This document shows positions 30,476-44,132 of a stretch of DNA of 64,000 bases, one piece after another. The notes under the pieces are model-generated. The model did not search any database and was not told the origin of the DNA. It was given only the letters and a program-made list of their open reading frames with translations. The position numbers were made by a program, and so were the translations under genes. Within the stretch, counting starts at the first letter, position 1. The number at the start of each line of letters is the position of its first letter. Source of the stretch: Acidimicrobiales bacterium. GTDB lineage: Bacteria > Actinomycetota > Acidimicrobiia > Acidimicrobiales > CADCSY01. Location of the stretch: contig JAUJNB010000013.1 in assembly GCA_030446545.1 (NCBI GenBank), positions 4,410-68,409 of the forward strand, read 5' to 3'.

Positions 30476-31162
30476 TCAGGCCAGCTTGTCCTCGTGGCCG
30501 GGGCAGTACAGGGCCACGCCGGAGCGCACGATGTAGTCGGCGCCTCCCTCACGGAGGCTGGCGAAGGGCACCTTCTTGACCAGCTCGGCCCCGGTGGCCT
30601 TCACCTGGTCCATGGTCTGGCCCTCGTCCAAGGCGGTACAGATCTTGGCGCCCAGCTCAGCGACCTGCGCGCGGGTGGGGCGCAACGGGATGAGAGACCG
30701 GATGTAGGGTCGGACCCCTTCGATGGCCTGATCCACCTCGGCCGTCGAAGGCTGACGCCGAGGCACCGAAGGTGCCGGCGGCGGGACGGGCGCTCCCCCG
30801 TCGACCGCCTCCTCCCCCTCGGACCCCTCGGGTGCCGTCACCGGCACCGACTCGGGCTCGGGTTCCGGAGCTGAACCGGTGGGCGCCCCGGTCTGCGGCG
30901 AGGCCGGAGTCGACACCTCGCTCTCCCCGGTCGGCCCTTCGGCCGGCGCCGAAGACACGAGTTCGATCGCCTGGGGGATCGTCGCGAGCAACTGCTCCTC
31001 CCGGTCGGCGGGGCGCGGGCCGGCATCGGCGGCCGCGGCGCGGACCGTGGTGACCTCCCCGGCACGAGGCACGATGCCCGTCGTCGCTCCCACGCCCAGG
31101 CCCAGGACCGAGAGCACCGCTCCTCCGAGCAAGACTCGTGCCCGTCCGGTGATCGCAAACAT
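30476..31162 (-). CDS. Secreted Pro-rich protein with C-terminal DUF732-like domain
   Basis: Signal/TM segment; ELGAKICTALDEG..YIVRSGVALYCP. Confidence 0.7.
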   Translation of the reverse strand: MFAITGRARVLLGGAVLSVLGLGVGATTGIVPRAGEVTTVRAAAADAGPRPADREEQLLATIPQAIELVSSAPAEGPTGESEVSTPASPQTGAPTGSAPEPEPESVPVTAPEGSEGEEAVDGGAPVPPPAPSVPRRQPSTAEVDQAIEGVRPYIRSLIPLRPTRAQVAELGAKICTALDEGQTMDQVKATGAELVKKVPFASLREGGADYIVRSGVALYCPGHEDKLA

Positions 31163-31215
31163 GTCGGGTCGCCCTTTACTCGAGGAGCTGGAAGGTGCAC
31201 ATGCACCCAGAGGAG

Positions 31216-31244
31216 TCATCGACCACCCCCACCTCCCGCTTGAG
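31216..31244 (-). promoter_or_regulatory. sigma28-like promoter
   Basis: CTCAAG-N15-GTCGATGA on the minus strand upstream of the DUF732-like gene. Confidence 0.55.
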
Positions 31245-31298
31245 AGGAGAAGAGCTCTGGTAGGCAGGGAGGGGCCCGGCGAGCAGGGGCGCCAGGGA

Positions 31299-32479
31299 GT
31301 GGCGCTGGTCCTGGCCGGAGGAGGGGCGCGGGGGGCCTACGAGGCCGGGGCGTTGTCCGTGCTGTTGCCTGCGCTCGAGGCCGAAGGTCGGCGGCCGACG
31401 ATCCTGGTGGGTACCAGCGCCGGTGCCATCAACGCGGCGGCCTTGGCTTCACTCGGCCACCTGGACGCCGCCACCGCGGCCGACACCGTCCTCGGTCTCT
31501 GGCGGGCGGTGAACGCCCGGTCGGTGTACCACTCACCCCTCCGAGCCGACCTGGCCGCCCTCCTCTCGCGGGGCCGGGCGGGAGGCCCGGCGAGAGCCAC
31601 GGCCCTCCTCGACACCGACCCCCTCCTCGCCACCTTGGGACGCCTCATCGACTGGAACCAGCTGCACGAGAACATCGGCGCCGGTCGGCTCTCGTCGGTC
31701 GCGGTGGTCGCCACGAGTTGGTCGACCCGACGCAGCGTCGTGTTCCTGGAACGGGCCCCGGGGGTGACCAGTCCGTCGAGCGATGAGGCGAGAGCCATCG
31801 ACTTCGTCCCGACCACGCTGGAACCACGACACGTCCTCGCCTCCTCCGCCCTCCCCGTGCTGTTCCCCGCCGTGCGCATCACCCACCCGACCTCGTCGGC
31901 CGACTGGTACATCGACGGCGGGGTGCGGCTGAACACACCGATCAAACCGGCGCTCTCCCTGCGAGCCCAACGCGTGGTGGTCATCGCCACCGCACCCGGC
32001 CTCTCCCCACCGCGCCGGCCGGAGGCCCCGCCGGGACCGGCCCCGGCACGGCCGGGGGGGCGGCCCGACTCCTCTCCACCGTGCTCGACGACCGCATGTT
32101 GGAGGACCTCCGGACGCTTTCGACCCGCAACGAGGACACCACGCCGGCCGGTGTGGCGGGTGACGACCAGATCCCCTGGCTGTTCGTCGGTCCCGTCCTC
32201 GACGACACCGACCTCTTCGCCCGCCTGGTGGGTGAGGTGTTGACCGGTTGCGCCAGGGGCCACCGGGCCCGTCGGCTGATCCGACGGACGCTCGGGCGGC
32301 TGATGGCACGGGACCCCAGCCGCCTGGAGCTCGCCAGTTACCTCTGTTTCGATCCCGACTTCATCGACGGAGCCATCCGGCTGGGCCAGCGTGACGGCCG
32401 CCGTGCTCTGGATGCCACCGGCGGGGCGCGCTGGCAGGACGATCCCGAGGTCCCGGCCTCCGCCCTCGGCCGGCCCTGA
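31299..32479 (+). CDS. Patatin-like phospholipase (frameshift at G7 ~32054-32060)
   Basis: LAGGGARGAY, GTSAG, DGG; C-terminal ELASYLCFDPDFI in the next frame. Confidence 0.85.
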
Positions 32480-32505
32480 CCGGGCGGCGAGGCCCGCCGC
32501 CAGGC

Positions 32506-33129
32506 CTACAGCAGCTCGAAGGAGCCCACCAGGCGGGAGAACTCGTCGGCGCTGGGTTCCCCACCGGCCCGTTGCAAGAGGTAGAGCCGGCGGTCGACGA
32601 GGAGGGCCCGGCTCTGGACCGTGCCTCCGGCAACCTCGATCACGTAGTCGGTGCCCGGGAAGCCGAACATCTCCACGGAGGACTGGGACGCCACCGTGCC
32701 CGACACGTTGCCCGCCGCGCCCTGGACGACCCCGTCGAGCACCAGCTGGGGGTCGACGTCGAGGATCTCCTCGGGGTAGTCCACGAAGCCCACGTTGTAG
32801 ACGAGGCCGGCGTCGACCTGGGCGGTGTACAACGACAGGTCCAGGGACTGGCCGCCGGCATCAACGGTCTGCTCGTCGAGCGTGGCCTCGGTGGGCAGCT
32901 CGATCCGGAAGCGGCCCTCGGCCGACTCCAGGGGAACCCCCAGGCCGGCGCCCCCGGCGGCACCGTCCGGGTTCGGGGTCGCTCCCTCGCCGGTGGTGTC
33001 GTCGGGCGAGTCCCCGGGCGCGGTCGTACTGGTGGCTTCCGCCGCGGGTGGCGTGTCGTTGGAGTCCCCACCACAGCCCACCAGGGCGACGACGAAAGCG
33101 GCCAGAGCAAGGAGCAGGCGCGGTGACAT
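32506..33129 (-). CDS. Lipoprotein, hypothetical
   Basis: MSPRLLLALAAFVVALVG-C lipobox; TACGGT -10 six nt before ATG. Confidence 0.8.
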   Translation of the reverse strand: MSPRLLLALAAFVVALVGCGGDSNDTPPAAEATSTTAPGDSPDDTTGEGATPNPDGAAGGAGLGVPLESAEGRFRIELPTEATLDEQTVDAGGQSLDLSLYTAQVDAGLVYNVGFVDYPEEILDVDPQLVLDGVVQGAAGNVSGTVASQSSVEMFGFPGTDYVIEVAGGTVQSRALLVDRRLYLLQRAGGEPSADEFSRLVGSFELL

Positions 33130-33172
33130 CGGCCAACCGTAGTGGCGCGGGGCGACCAGACCCGCCAAGCTT

Positions 33173-33754
33173 CTAGACGAGCGGGTGCACCGCCTGGCGC
33201 AGGGCCCGGGCCGCAGCCACGATGGCCTCATCGTCAGCCCCCTCGCGCAGGCGCCCCGCCAGGCGGTGGGCCAGGCCCTCCAGCTCTCCCCAGGTGACCG
33301 GGTCGAGACCGTAGGGGGCCTCCAACTCCTGCACTGCGCCGGCCGCCACCAGCAGCTCCTCGGCGGCCTGGGCGTGGGCCGGTGCGCCGCAGAGGACGTC
33401 GGCGGCCACGTAGAGGGCGGACAGCACCTCCGCTCCGACGTCGTCGCCGTCGTCCTCCTCGGCATCGAGCGCGTCCGGATGGTCGAGCTCGTCGATGAGC
33501 TCCTCGACCAGGTCGGCGTGGCGTTCGGCCACCACCAGCTCGGTCGACAGTGAAGGCGGGCACTGTGGTCCCGACGTCACGCCCGACGACGTCGCCGGCT
33601 CGGCCATCAGGTCCCAGCGGTACGTCACCCCCTCGTCGCTGAGTAGCCGGGCGAGCGTCCGCCGTCGACCCTCGTCCCAGTCGGCCAGGTCGTAGACCAC
33701 CTCGTCCTCGAGGCCGTCGTCGCCGGCGCCGTCGGCCTGATCGGCGCCGGTCAC
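33173..33754 (-). CDS. Acidic hypothetical protein
   Basis: GTGA overlap with the peptidase stop; EVVYDLADW..LRQAVHPLV. Confidence 0.7.
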   Translation of the reverse strand: MTGADQADGAGDDGLEDEVVYDLADWDEGRRRTLARLLSDEGVTYRWDLMAEPATSSGVTSGPQCPPSLSTELVVAERHADLVEELIDELDHPDALDAEEDDGDDVGAEVLSALYVAADVLCGAPAHAQAAEELLVAAGAVQELEAPYGLDPVTWGELEGLAHRLAGRLREGADDEAIVAAARALRQAVHPLV

Positions 33755-35619
33755 GGTGTCCGCCACCGCAGCACGTGGCGGTCCAGGAACGACTCGATGC
33801 GGCCCAGCTCGTCGATCACCGTCTCTGGTCGTCCCCACCCGTGACCCTCGCCCTCGTAGACGTGGAGCTCCACCTCGCCCCCGGCGGCCCGCACCCGCTC
33901 GGCCACGGCCTGGCTCTGCGACAAGGGCACCACCTTGTCGTCGCTGCCGTGCAACATGAGCAGCGGGGCGGTGATGGCCCCGGCCCGGCGCAGCGGGGAG
34001 CGCTGGCGATAGACGTCGGCCGCGGCCGGCAGGGACCCCACCAGCGAGTGCAGGTAGTGGGCCTCGAAGCGGTGGGTGGTCTGGTCGAACTCGAGCAGGT
34101 CGGCCACGCCGTAGAGGTCGACCCCGGCGGCGCAGAGGTCGGGAGAGGTGGCCAGCAGGTTGAGCACGGTGAAGCCCCCGGCCGAACCCCCCATGGCCAC
34201 CAGACGGCGGGGGTCGCCCCACCCCGACGCCACCGCGGCATGGAGGCCGGCGGCGACGTCGGCGGTGTCGACGTCGCCCCAGCGCCCGGCCATGGCCTGG
34301 GTGAAGGCCCGGCCGTGGCCGGTCGTGCCCCGATGGTCGGGCACGAGCACGGCCCAACCCCGGTCGACCCAGTAGGCCACCCGGGGGTTGAACACGACCT
34401 CCATCTGGGACGTCGGCCCGCCGTGGACCCACGCCAGAAGGGGAGGAGGGTCGCCCAGCACCGCCGGCGCAGGACGATAGAGCCGCCCGGGGATCACGGC
34501 CCCGTCCTCGGCCGTCCAGGTGACGAGCTCGGGTTCGCCCAGCCCGGCGGCGGCGACGCCGGCCAGCGGGCCCTGCGCCAGGGTCCGGCGGGAGCGGTGG
34601 CCGGGTCCCGAGTAGGCCACCACCTCGGTGGGCGTACGGGCCCCGCTGCGCACGGCCACCACCGTTGCTCCCGCCCAGCTGAGACCGCCGTGGACACCCC
34701 GGCCCCATTGCTCCACCTGGCCGCTGGCCACGTCGAGCACCTGGAGCGAGCCGAACCCGCCCTCGTTGCGACAGAACGCCAGGCGGGTGCCGTCGGGGGA
34801 CCAGGCGAAGGTGCGGGCGCCGGCTCCCCAGCTGGGCCCACCGTGTTCGTGGGCCTCGCGGCACAGGGGCTGCGGCCCGTCGGCGTTCCCGGGACCGGCG
34901 GCCCACACGTTGGTCCAGCCGGTGGCGTCGGAGAGGAAGCCGAGGGTCCCGTCGACGGCGAAGCGGGGCTGGCCGACGGCGACGCCGTCGCCCCCGGCCA
35001 CGGTGGTGAGCGCACCCGATCCGTCGGCGGCCCGGCCCACGATGCGGCTGGCGTCCCAGGGCATGGCCGGGGCGTCCCACTCGTGCCACACCACCCGCCG
35101 CCCGTCGGGGGACCAGGTGGGGTCCAGGCAGAAGTCGGCGCCGGCGGAGACCAGCACCGGCCATCCCCCGTCGGCCTCGAGTGAGGCGACGGCCACGTGG
35201 TGGGTGTCGACGACGTAGGCCACCCTGGTCCCGTCGGGCGCCACGGCGGGTGCCCCGGCCGGGCCGCTCCCGGCCAGAACGGGCCGGGGCGGAGCCCCGG
35301 TGGCGGGCTGGCACCACAGCCCTCCGTCGGTGGCGGCGTACACCAGGCTCGATCCGTCGGGAAGCCAGTCGAAGACGCCGCCCCCGTAGGCCCGGGCCGA
35401 ACACGGTGGCGGATCGGAGGTGACCACCAGTTCGGGGCCTGGGTGCAGGCTCCCGTCGGGCGCCGACCCGAGGGTGACGACCACGAGCTGGGCCCGACCG
35501 CCGGCGGTGGCGACAAAGGCCACGCGGCCACCGCCGGGTGCCACCCGGGGCTCACCGAGGGTCCGGCCCCGGGCGCACAGGGCGGCGCTGAGCCGGGGCG
35601 ACGCGGAGATGGGGGCCAC
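33751..35619 (-). CDS. S9 family (prolyl oligopeptidase-like) peptidase with beta-propeller
   Basis: WSPDG repeats, VHGGP, GGSAGG, HGSDDKVV, EGHG; start estimated. Confidence 0.92.
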   Translation of the reverse strand: MAPISASPRLSAALCARGRTLGEPRVAPGGGRVAFVATAGGRAQLVVVTLGSAPDGSLHPGPELVVTSDPPPCSARAYGGGVFDWLPDGSSLVYAATDGGLWCQPATGAPPRPVLAGSGPAGAPAVAPDGTRVAYVVDTHHVAVASLEADGGWPVLVSAGADFCLDPTWSPDGRRVVWHEWDAPAMPWDASRIVGRAADGSGALTTVAGGDGVAVGQPRFAVDGTLGFLSDATGWTNVWAAGPGNADGPQPLCREAHEHGGPSWGAGARTFAWSPDGTRLAFCRNEGGFGSLQVLDVASGQVEQWGRGVHGGLSWAGATVVAVRSGARTPTEVVAYSGPGHRSRRTLAQGPLAGVAAAGLGEPELVTWTAEDGAVIPGRLYRPAPAVLGDPPPLLAWVHGGPTSQMEVVFNPRVAYWVDRGWAVLVPDHRGTTGHGRAFTQAMAGRWGDVDTADVAAGLHAAVASGWGDPRRLVAMGGSAGGFTVLNLLATSPDLCAAGVDLYGVADLLEFDQTTHRFEAHYLHSLVGSLPAAADVYRQRSPLRRAGAITAPLLMLHGSDDKVVPLSQSQAVAERVRAAGGEVELHVYEGEGHGWGRPETVIDELGRIESFLDRHVLRWRTP

Positions 35620-35688
35620 AGGCGGAATCTTGCCACCCTGGGCACCGGCGAGCGCGTTGGTCACCGGGACCGACGGTCGGGAAAAAGT

Positions 35689-35717
35689 CTCAGGTCCGAG
35701 CCCGTTCCGGCCGAAGA
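35689..35717 (+). promoter_or_regulatory. sigma28-like promoter
   Basis: AAAAAG tract, then CTCAGG-N15-GCCGAAGA just before ATG 35725. Confidence 0.55.
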
Positions 35718-35724
35718 ATCCTGC

Positions 35725-36189
35725 ATGACACAACTGATGGAGCCCCGATCCGAGGAGCGCACCGCTCGCCAGCGGTCCGTCCCCCAGCCCCGTCCCCAGG
35801 CCCGCACGGCCACCCCGGTGCCCAGGTGGCGTCGTATCGTGCCCGCCCTGTCCATCTCGGCCATGGCCCTGGGCGCGGTGTACGCCACCGTGCCCTTCAC
35901 CTTTGCCGATGCCGTGGAGTGCCAGCAGCACGGCCTCTCCGGCGCCACCGCCGCCCCCGGGACCGCCGCCGGCACCATCATCGGCGACATGAACCTGCGC
36001 TGCGCCGAGGCCGGGAACAGCCGCATCGCAGTGGGTGCCTCGGTGGCCGGCCTGGCCGCCGTGCTGGGCCTCGGAGCCGCTTTCGCCCCCACCACGGCCG
36101 AGGTCAACGCCCGTCGTCCGCTCGAGGATGACGACGACAACCGGGTGCAGAACGGCGCTCGGCCCGTCCCCGCCGGCGCTTCCCGCTAG
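35725..36189 (+). CDS. Two-TM membrane protein with Cys pair in the external loop
   Basis: TM1 IVPALSISAMALGAVY, loop VEC..LRC, TM2 VGASVAGLAAVLGLG. Confidence 0.7.
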   Translation: MTQLMEPRSEERTARQRSVPQPRPQARTATPVPRWRRIVPALSISAMALGAVYATVPFTFADAVECQQHGLSGATAAPGTAAGTIIGDMNLRCAEAGNSRIAVGASVAGLAAVLGLGAAFAPTTAEVNARRPLEDDDDNRVQNGARPVPAGASR

Positions 36190-36216
36190 CCCTTCGGCGA
36201 CCGGCACACTGCGTCT

Positions 36217-36245
36217 CACCGCCCCGCCTCTCCGGCGGGGCGGTG
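36217..36245 (+). terminator. GC-rich hairpin
   Basis: caccgccccgcc-tctcc-ggcggggcggtg, no U-tract. Confidence 0.5.
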
Positions 36246-36267
36246 GCACGCGCTACTGTCCGAACGG

Positions 36268-37251
36268 ATGAGCCTCGCACAACCGCAACTGGTCCCCGAC
36301 CGCAACCTGGCCCTCGAGCTGGTGCGGGTCACCGAGGCGGCGGCCCTGGCCGCCTCCCGCTTCATGGGCAGAGGCGACAAGCTCGCCGCCGACGGCGCCG
36401 CCGTGGACGCCATGCGGGCCGTGCTCGGGTCCGTGGCCATGGACGGGATCGTCGTCATCGGCGAGGGTGAGAAGGACGAAGCGCCCATGCTCTACAACGG
36501 CGAGCGCATCGGCGACGGCACCCCCCCTCAGACCGACATCGCCGTGGACCCCATCGACGGGACCACGCTGTGCGCCCTCGGCCGGGGCAATGCCCTGGCC
36601 GTCATCGCCGTCTCCGAGCGGGGGACCATGTTCGACCCCGGGCCCTGCGTCTACATGGAGAAGATCGCGGTGGGCCCCGAGTGCGCCGGCGCCATCGACA
36701 TCAACCGCTCCCCCACCGAGAACCTGGCCGCGGTGGCCAAGGCCAAAGGTGACGCGGTGGAGAAGCTCACCGTGGTCATCCTCGACCGTCCCCGCCACGA
36801 GGAGCTCATCGCCGAGGTGCGCGCCGCCGGCGCCCGCATCCGCCTCATTCCCGACGGCGACGTCGCCGGAGCCCTGCAGACCGCCTGGCCCGAGGCCGGA
36901 GCCGACGTCCTCTTCGGGATCGGGGGCACTCCCGAGGGGGTCATCAGCGCCGCCGCCCTCAAGTGCATGGGCGGTGACCAACAGGGCCGTCTGTGGCCTC
37001 GCAACGACGACGAGCGCCAGGCTGCCCTCGACGCCGGCTACGACCTCGACGCCGTGCTCAGCATCGAGGACCTGGTCGCAGGGGAGAACTGCTTCTTCGC
37101 GGCCACCGGCATCACCGACGGTGAGTTGCTCAGGGGCGTGCACTACGACGAGGGCGGCGTGACCACCCAGTCGCTCGTGACCCGGTCCAGCTCGGGCACG
37201 GTGCGCTACGTCGAGGCCCGCCACCGCACCAAGAAGGTCGACGACATCTGA
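36268..37251 (+). CDS. glpX: Class II fructose-1,6-bisphosphatase
   Basis: [52 protein letters not shown]. Confidence 0.96.
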   Translation: MSLAQPQLVPDRNLALELVRVTEAAALAASRFMGRGDKLAADGAAVDAMRAVLGSVAMDGIVVIGEGEKDEAPMLYNGERIGDGTPPQTDIAVDPIDGTTLCALGRGNALAVIAVSERGTMFDPGPCVYMEKIAVGPECAGAIDINRSPTENLAAVAKAKGDAVEKLTVVILDRPRHEELIAEVRAAGARIRLIPDGDVAGALQTAWPEAGADVLFGIGGTPEGVISAAALKCMGGDQQGRLWPRNDDERQAALDAGYDLDAVLSIEDLVAGENCFFAATGITDGELLRGVHYDEGGVTTQSLVTRSSSGTVRYVEARHRTKKVDDI

Positions 37252-37287
37252 AACAGGCTCGCTTCGCTCGCGGGCCGGTCGGAGGGG

Positions 37288-37870
37288 TCAGGTAGTTGGC
37301 CCAGGGAGAAGGCGCTGCCCTGGTCGTCCACGCAGTCGGACGTGATCCCGTAGGGCATCCGCTCGAGGTGCCCTTGCTGGCTTCGGAGAAGGCGAAGGGC
37401 ATCCCCTGGTCGTCGACACAGTCGGCCACCATGCCGTAGGGCTCCCGGTGCGGGTCCCCGGCCTCCCCGCCGGCGGCTCGTACCCGATCGACAGCAGCGG
37501 CGACGTCGTCGGCTGCGAAGCACGGCAGCGTGGTGCGGTGCTCTTGGCCGCCCCAGAGACCGAGGACCGGCTCGAGGCCTTCGACCAGCCGGCCCTGAGG
37601 TGAGCTGCCCGCGGTGAGGCGCCAATCGAGCACAGCGCGGTAGAACGTCGCGGCAGCCTCGACGTCGGGAAGCCACAGCGACGCGAAGCTGACGTCGCCG
37701 TGCCTCGGTCCGGCTCCCGACGCGGCCGCCTCGTCGCTGGTCGACACACTCGAGATCATCCAACGGTGGCCGAACGGGTCGACCACCGTGGCGTTGCGGC
37801 CGTAGGGGTTGTCAGCCGGAGGCCGGTCGAGGCGGGCCCCCGCCTCGACCGCCCGCTCGGTGACGGCGTT
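37288..37870 (-). pseudogene. Multi-domain VOC/glyoxalase gene, 5'-truncated and internally deleted
   Basis: AVTERAVEAGA..PYGRNATVVDPFGHRWMI, FYRAVLDW, CVDDQG occurs twice in different frames. Confidence 0.7.
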
Positions 37871-37959
37871 CTCCGGTGCCGGGTAGTCCTCGAGAAGGGA
37901 GCTCGCGCGATTCTCCGGTCTGCTGGCGGCGCTGAGCGACGATCAGGAACCGGAGAACG
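37867..37959. mobile_element. 93-bp MITE/REP-like element with terminal inverted repeats
   Basis: cgttctccggt (37867-37877) / accggagaacg (37949-37959), with an internal ttctccggt at 37911. Confidence 0.55.
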
Positions 37960-38938
37960 GGGCGGATCCGAGGTCGCGGCGCAGCTGGACGGTGTCCCGT
38001 CCCATGACGTAGGCCTCGAAGCGGGCCTCCTCCACCCAACCCAACCGGCGCCAGAAACCTTCAGCCGGGCCCCCGGCCTCGGTGTGCAGCCGAAGGAGGC
38101 GGCTGCCTCGGTTGGCCGCCTCGGACACGAACGCGGCCAGAAGATGGGAGCCGATGCCCTCGCCCCGGTGGGCGGGGACCACCATGAGGCCCCGCAGGAA
38201 CCCTCCCGGCCCACAGGTCCACCCCGTGGCCGTACCTACCACCCGGCCCTCACGGCGCGCGGTCACGACCAGGTCACTGGGCCGGGCACCCCCGTGGCGC
38301 TCCTGGTCGTCCGCCGCCCACTCCCGCTCGCTGAAGACCAGCCCCTCGGGGTCGAGCCCTTCACTGACCGCCAGCTCCAGCTCCAGGCCGCCCCGGCCCA
38401 CCACGGCCTGGCCTCCGAAGGCGACGTCGGCGATGGGACGCCACACCCGGGCCCCGGCATCGTCCCGACGCTCCTGGAGCAGGTGGACCCGCTCGAAGGT
38501 GACCTCGGCCCGGTACCCGGCCAGCACCTGCGTCGCCGCCGCCAGCCGCTCGGGCTCACCCCCGTCGACCACCGTGACGTGGGGATGGAAGGGCCACGTC
38601 AGCGACCGGGCCAGGGGTTCGCTGAACACCCGGTCCCGCAGCGCCTCCAACCGGTCGACATCGCCCCCCACCGCCAGGTACAACACCGGGTTCACGGGCA
38701 GGAAGGTCTGCGGCGGCCCCAAGGTGACGGTGACGGGCCGGGTGGCCGACGCCGCCGCTCGCAGGACGGCCAGGGCGTCACCCAGGCGGTCCTCCCGCAC
38801 GTTGACCGGGGGCACCAACGTGACGTGGGGGGCCATGGGCGGCACGCCCTCGCCCCCACAGGCCCGGCGCAACACGTCGACCTCGCCCGCCACCGGAGGG
38901 GGCACGAGCAGGGCCACGCCCAGTCGCAGCCGGGCCAC
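37943..38938 (-). CDS. 2H-phosphoesterase (2'-5' RNA ligase-like) / GNAT acetyltransferase fusion
   Basis: PHVTL and PHVTV motifs; VVPAHRGEGIGSHLL, FWRRLGW. Confidence 0.85.
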   Translation of the reverse strand: MARLRLGVALLVPPPVAGEVDVLRRACGGEGVPPMAPHVTLVPPVNVREDRLGDALAVLRAAASATRPVTVTLGPPQTFLPVNPVLYLAVGGDVDRLEALRDRVFSEPLARSLTWPFHPHVTVVDGGEPERLAAATQVLAGYRAEVTFERVHLLQERRDDAGARVWRPIADVAFGGQAVVGRGGLELELAVSEGLDPEGLVFSEREWAADDQERHGGARPSDLVVTARREGRVVGTATGWTCGPGGFLRGLMVVPAHRGEGIGSHLLAAFVSEAANRGSRLLRLHTEAGGPAEGFWRRLGWVEEARFEAYVMGRDTVQLRRDLGSAPFSGS

Positions 38939-38956
38939 GGCGGCGTATTGAGGCGC

Positions 38957-39343
38957 TCAGCCCCCGGCGAGCTCGACGCGCAGGCGGGCCCGGCGCAGGG
39001 CCGCCTCCGCCTCGGCGTCGTCCTGGTCGCCCTTTCGTTGCTGGAGCTCGTCCACGGCTTTCTGGGCCCGGTTGGCGTCGATGTCGTCGACCAGCTCGGC
39101 CACGTCGGACAGGATGGTGACCCGGTCGTCGGTGACCTCCACGAAACCCTCGTGGACCGCCGCGGTCACGTCGTCGCCCTCGGACGTACGGATCCGCACC
39201 GCTCCGATCCCCAGGCTGCCGATGAAGGGGGCGTGGCCGGTCATGAAGGCGATCTCGCCGTCGGTGGTGCGGGCGATGACCATGTCGGCCTCCCCGCTGT
39301 AGAGGATCTTCTCGGGAGCCACCACCTCGACCTGGAGGGCCAC
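38957..39343 (-). CDS. atpC: ATP synthase epsilon
   Basis: LQVEVVAPE, GEIAFMTGHAP, GFVEV. Confidence 0.93.
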   Translation of the reverse strand: MALQVEVVAPEKILYSGEADMVIARTTDGEIAFMTGHAPFIGSLGIGAVRIRTSEGDDVTAAVHEGFVEVTDDRVTILSDVAELVDDIDANRAQKAVDELQQRKGDQDDAEAEAALRRARLRVELAGG

Positions 39344-39347
39344 GCCG

Positions 39348-41748
<2,401 letters not shown>

Positions 41749-41754
41749 CAGGTT

Positions 41755-41783
41755 TCGCTCCCGAACCAGAGGTTCGGGAGCGA
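41755..41783 (-). promoter_or_regulatory. 13-bp hairpin covering the atpG ribosome-binding site
   Basis: tcgctcccgaacc-aga-ggttcgggagcga, 6 nt from the atpG ATG. Confidence 0.6.
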
Positions 41784-41932
41784 GTCAGAACGTGCTGCGG
41801 GCACCGGCAGAGCCGGCACCCTCCGCCCTGACCACTTCCCAGCGCTGACAGCAGTTGAGGGCGCCTTTGGCGCCGAGTGCTGCCCCCAGCGCACTGGCCT
41901 CGACTTCGTCTCCACCAGCGCGTGCATGGCTT

Positions 41933-43561
<1,629 letters not shown>

Positions 43562-43598
43562 GCGGGTGCCTCCCCTGGCGCCGCCGTTCGAACGGTCG

Positions 43599-44132
43599 TC
43601 ACCGAATGGTCTCTCGGAGCTGGTCCAACTTGTTCCTGACGCTGCCGTCGATGACGGTATCGCCCACCTGGGCCACGAGGCCGCCCAGCACCGACGGGTC
43701 GATGATCACCTTGACCTCGACCTCCTTGCCGGTGGCCTGGCCCAGGGCGGTGGCCAGACGGGCCCGTTGGTCGTCGTCGAGGGGGACGGCCGATCGCACC
43801 TCGGCCACCTCACGGTCGTGGGCCGCCGCCGCCCGGCGCACCAGCCGGTCGATGATGGCAGGCAGATCCTTGGCCCGACCGGCTCCGACCACCAGCGCCA
43901 CCAGGTTGGTGGTCACGGGCGAGGCCCGGTTCCCCAGCAACTCGTCGACCACTCCCCGCCGACGCTCGGCCGGCACCGCGTCGTCGGTGAGGACGGTGCG
44001 CAGCTCGTCGTTGCCCTCGAGGGTGCGGGCGAAGCGGAACAGCTCGTCCTCGACCTCGTCGAGCGACCCTTCCACCCGGGCCACCTCGAACAGAGCGGTG
44101 GCGTAGCCGTCGATGCGGTCGGCGTCGATCAC
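43599..44132 (-). CDS. atpH: ATP synthase delta
   Basis: [32 protein letters not shown]. Confidence 0.93.
   Translation of the reverse strand: MIDADRIDGYATALFEVARVEGSLDEVEDELFRFARTLEGNDELRTVLTDDAVPAERRRGVVDELLGNRASPVTTNLVALVVGAGRAKDLPAIIDRLVRRAAAAHDREVAEVRSAVPLDDDQRARLATALGQATGKEVEVKVIIDPSVLGGLVAQVGDTVIDGSVRNKLDQLRETIR

Noticed and set aside
37256-37270. GCTCGCTTCGCTCGC motif between glpX and the VOC remnant
   Set aside because: Single short copy in the window; not enough to call a repeat family
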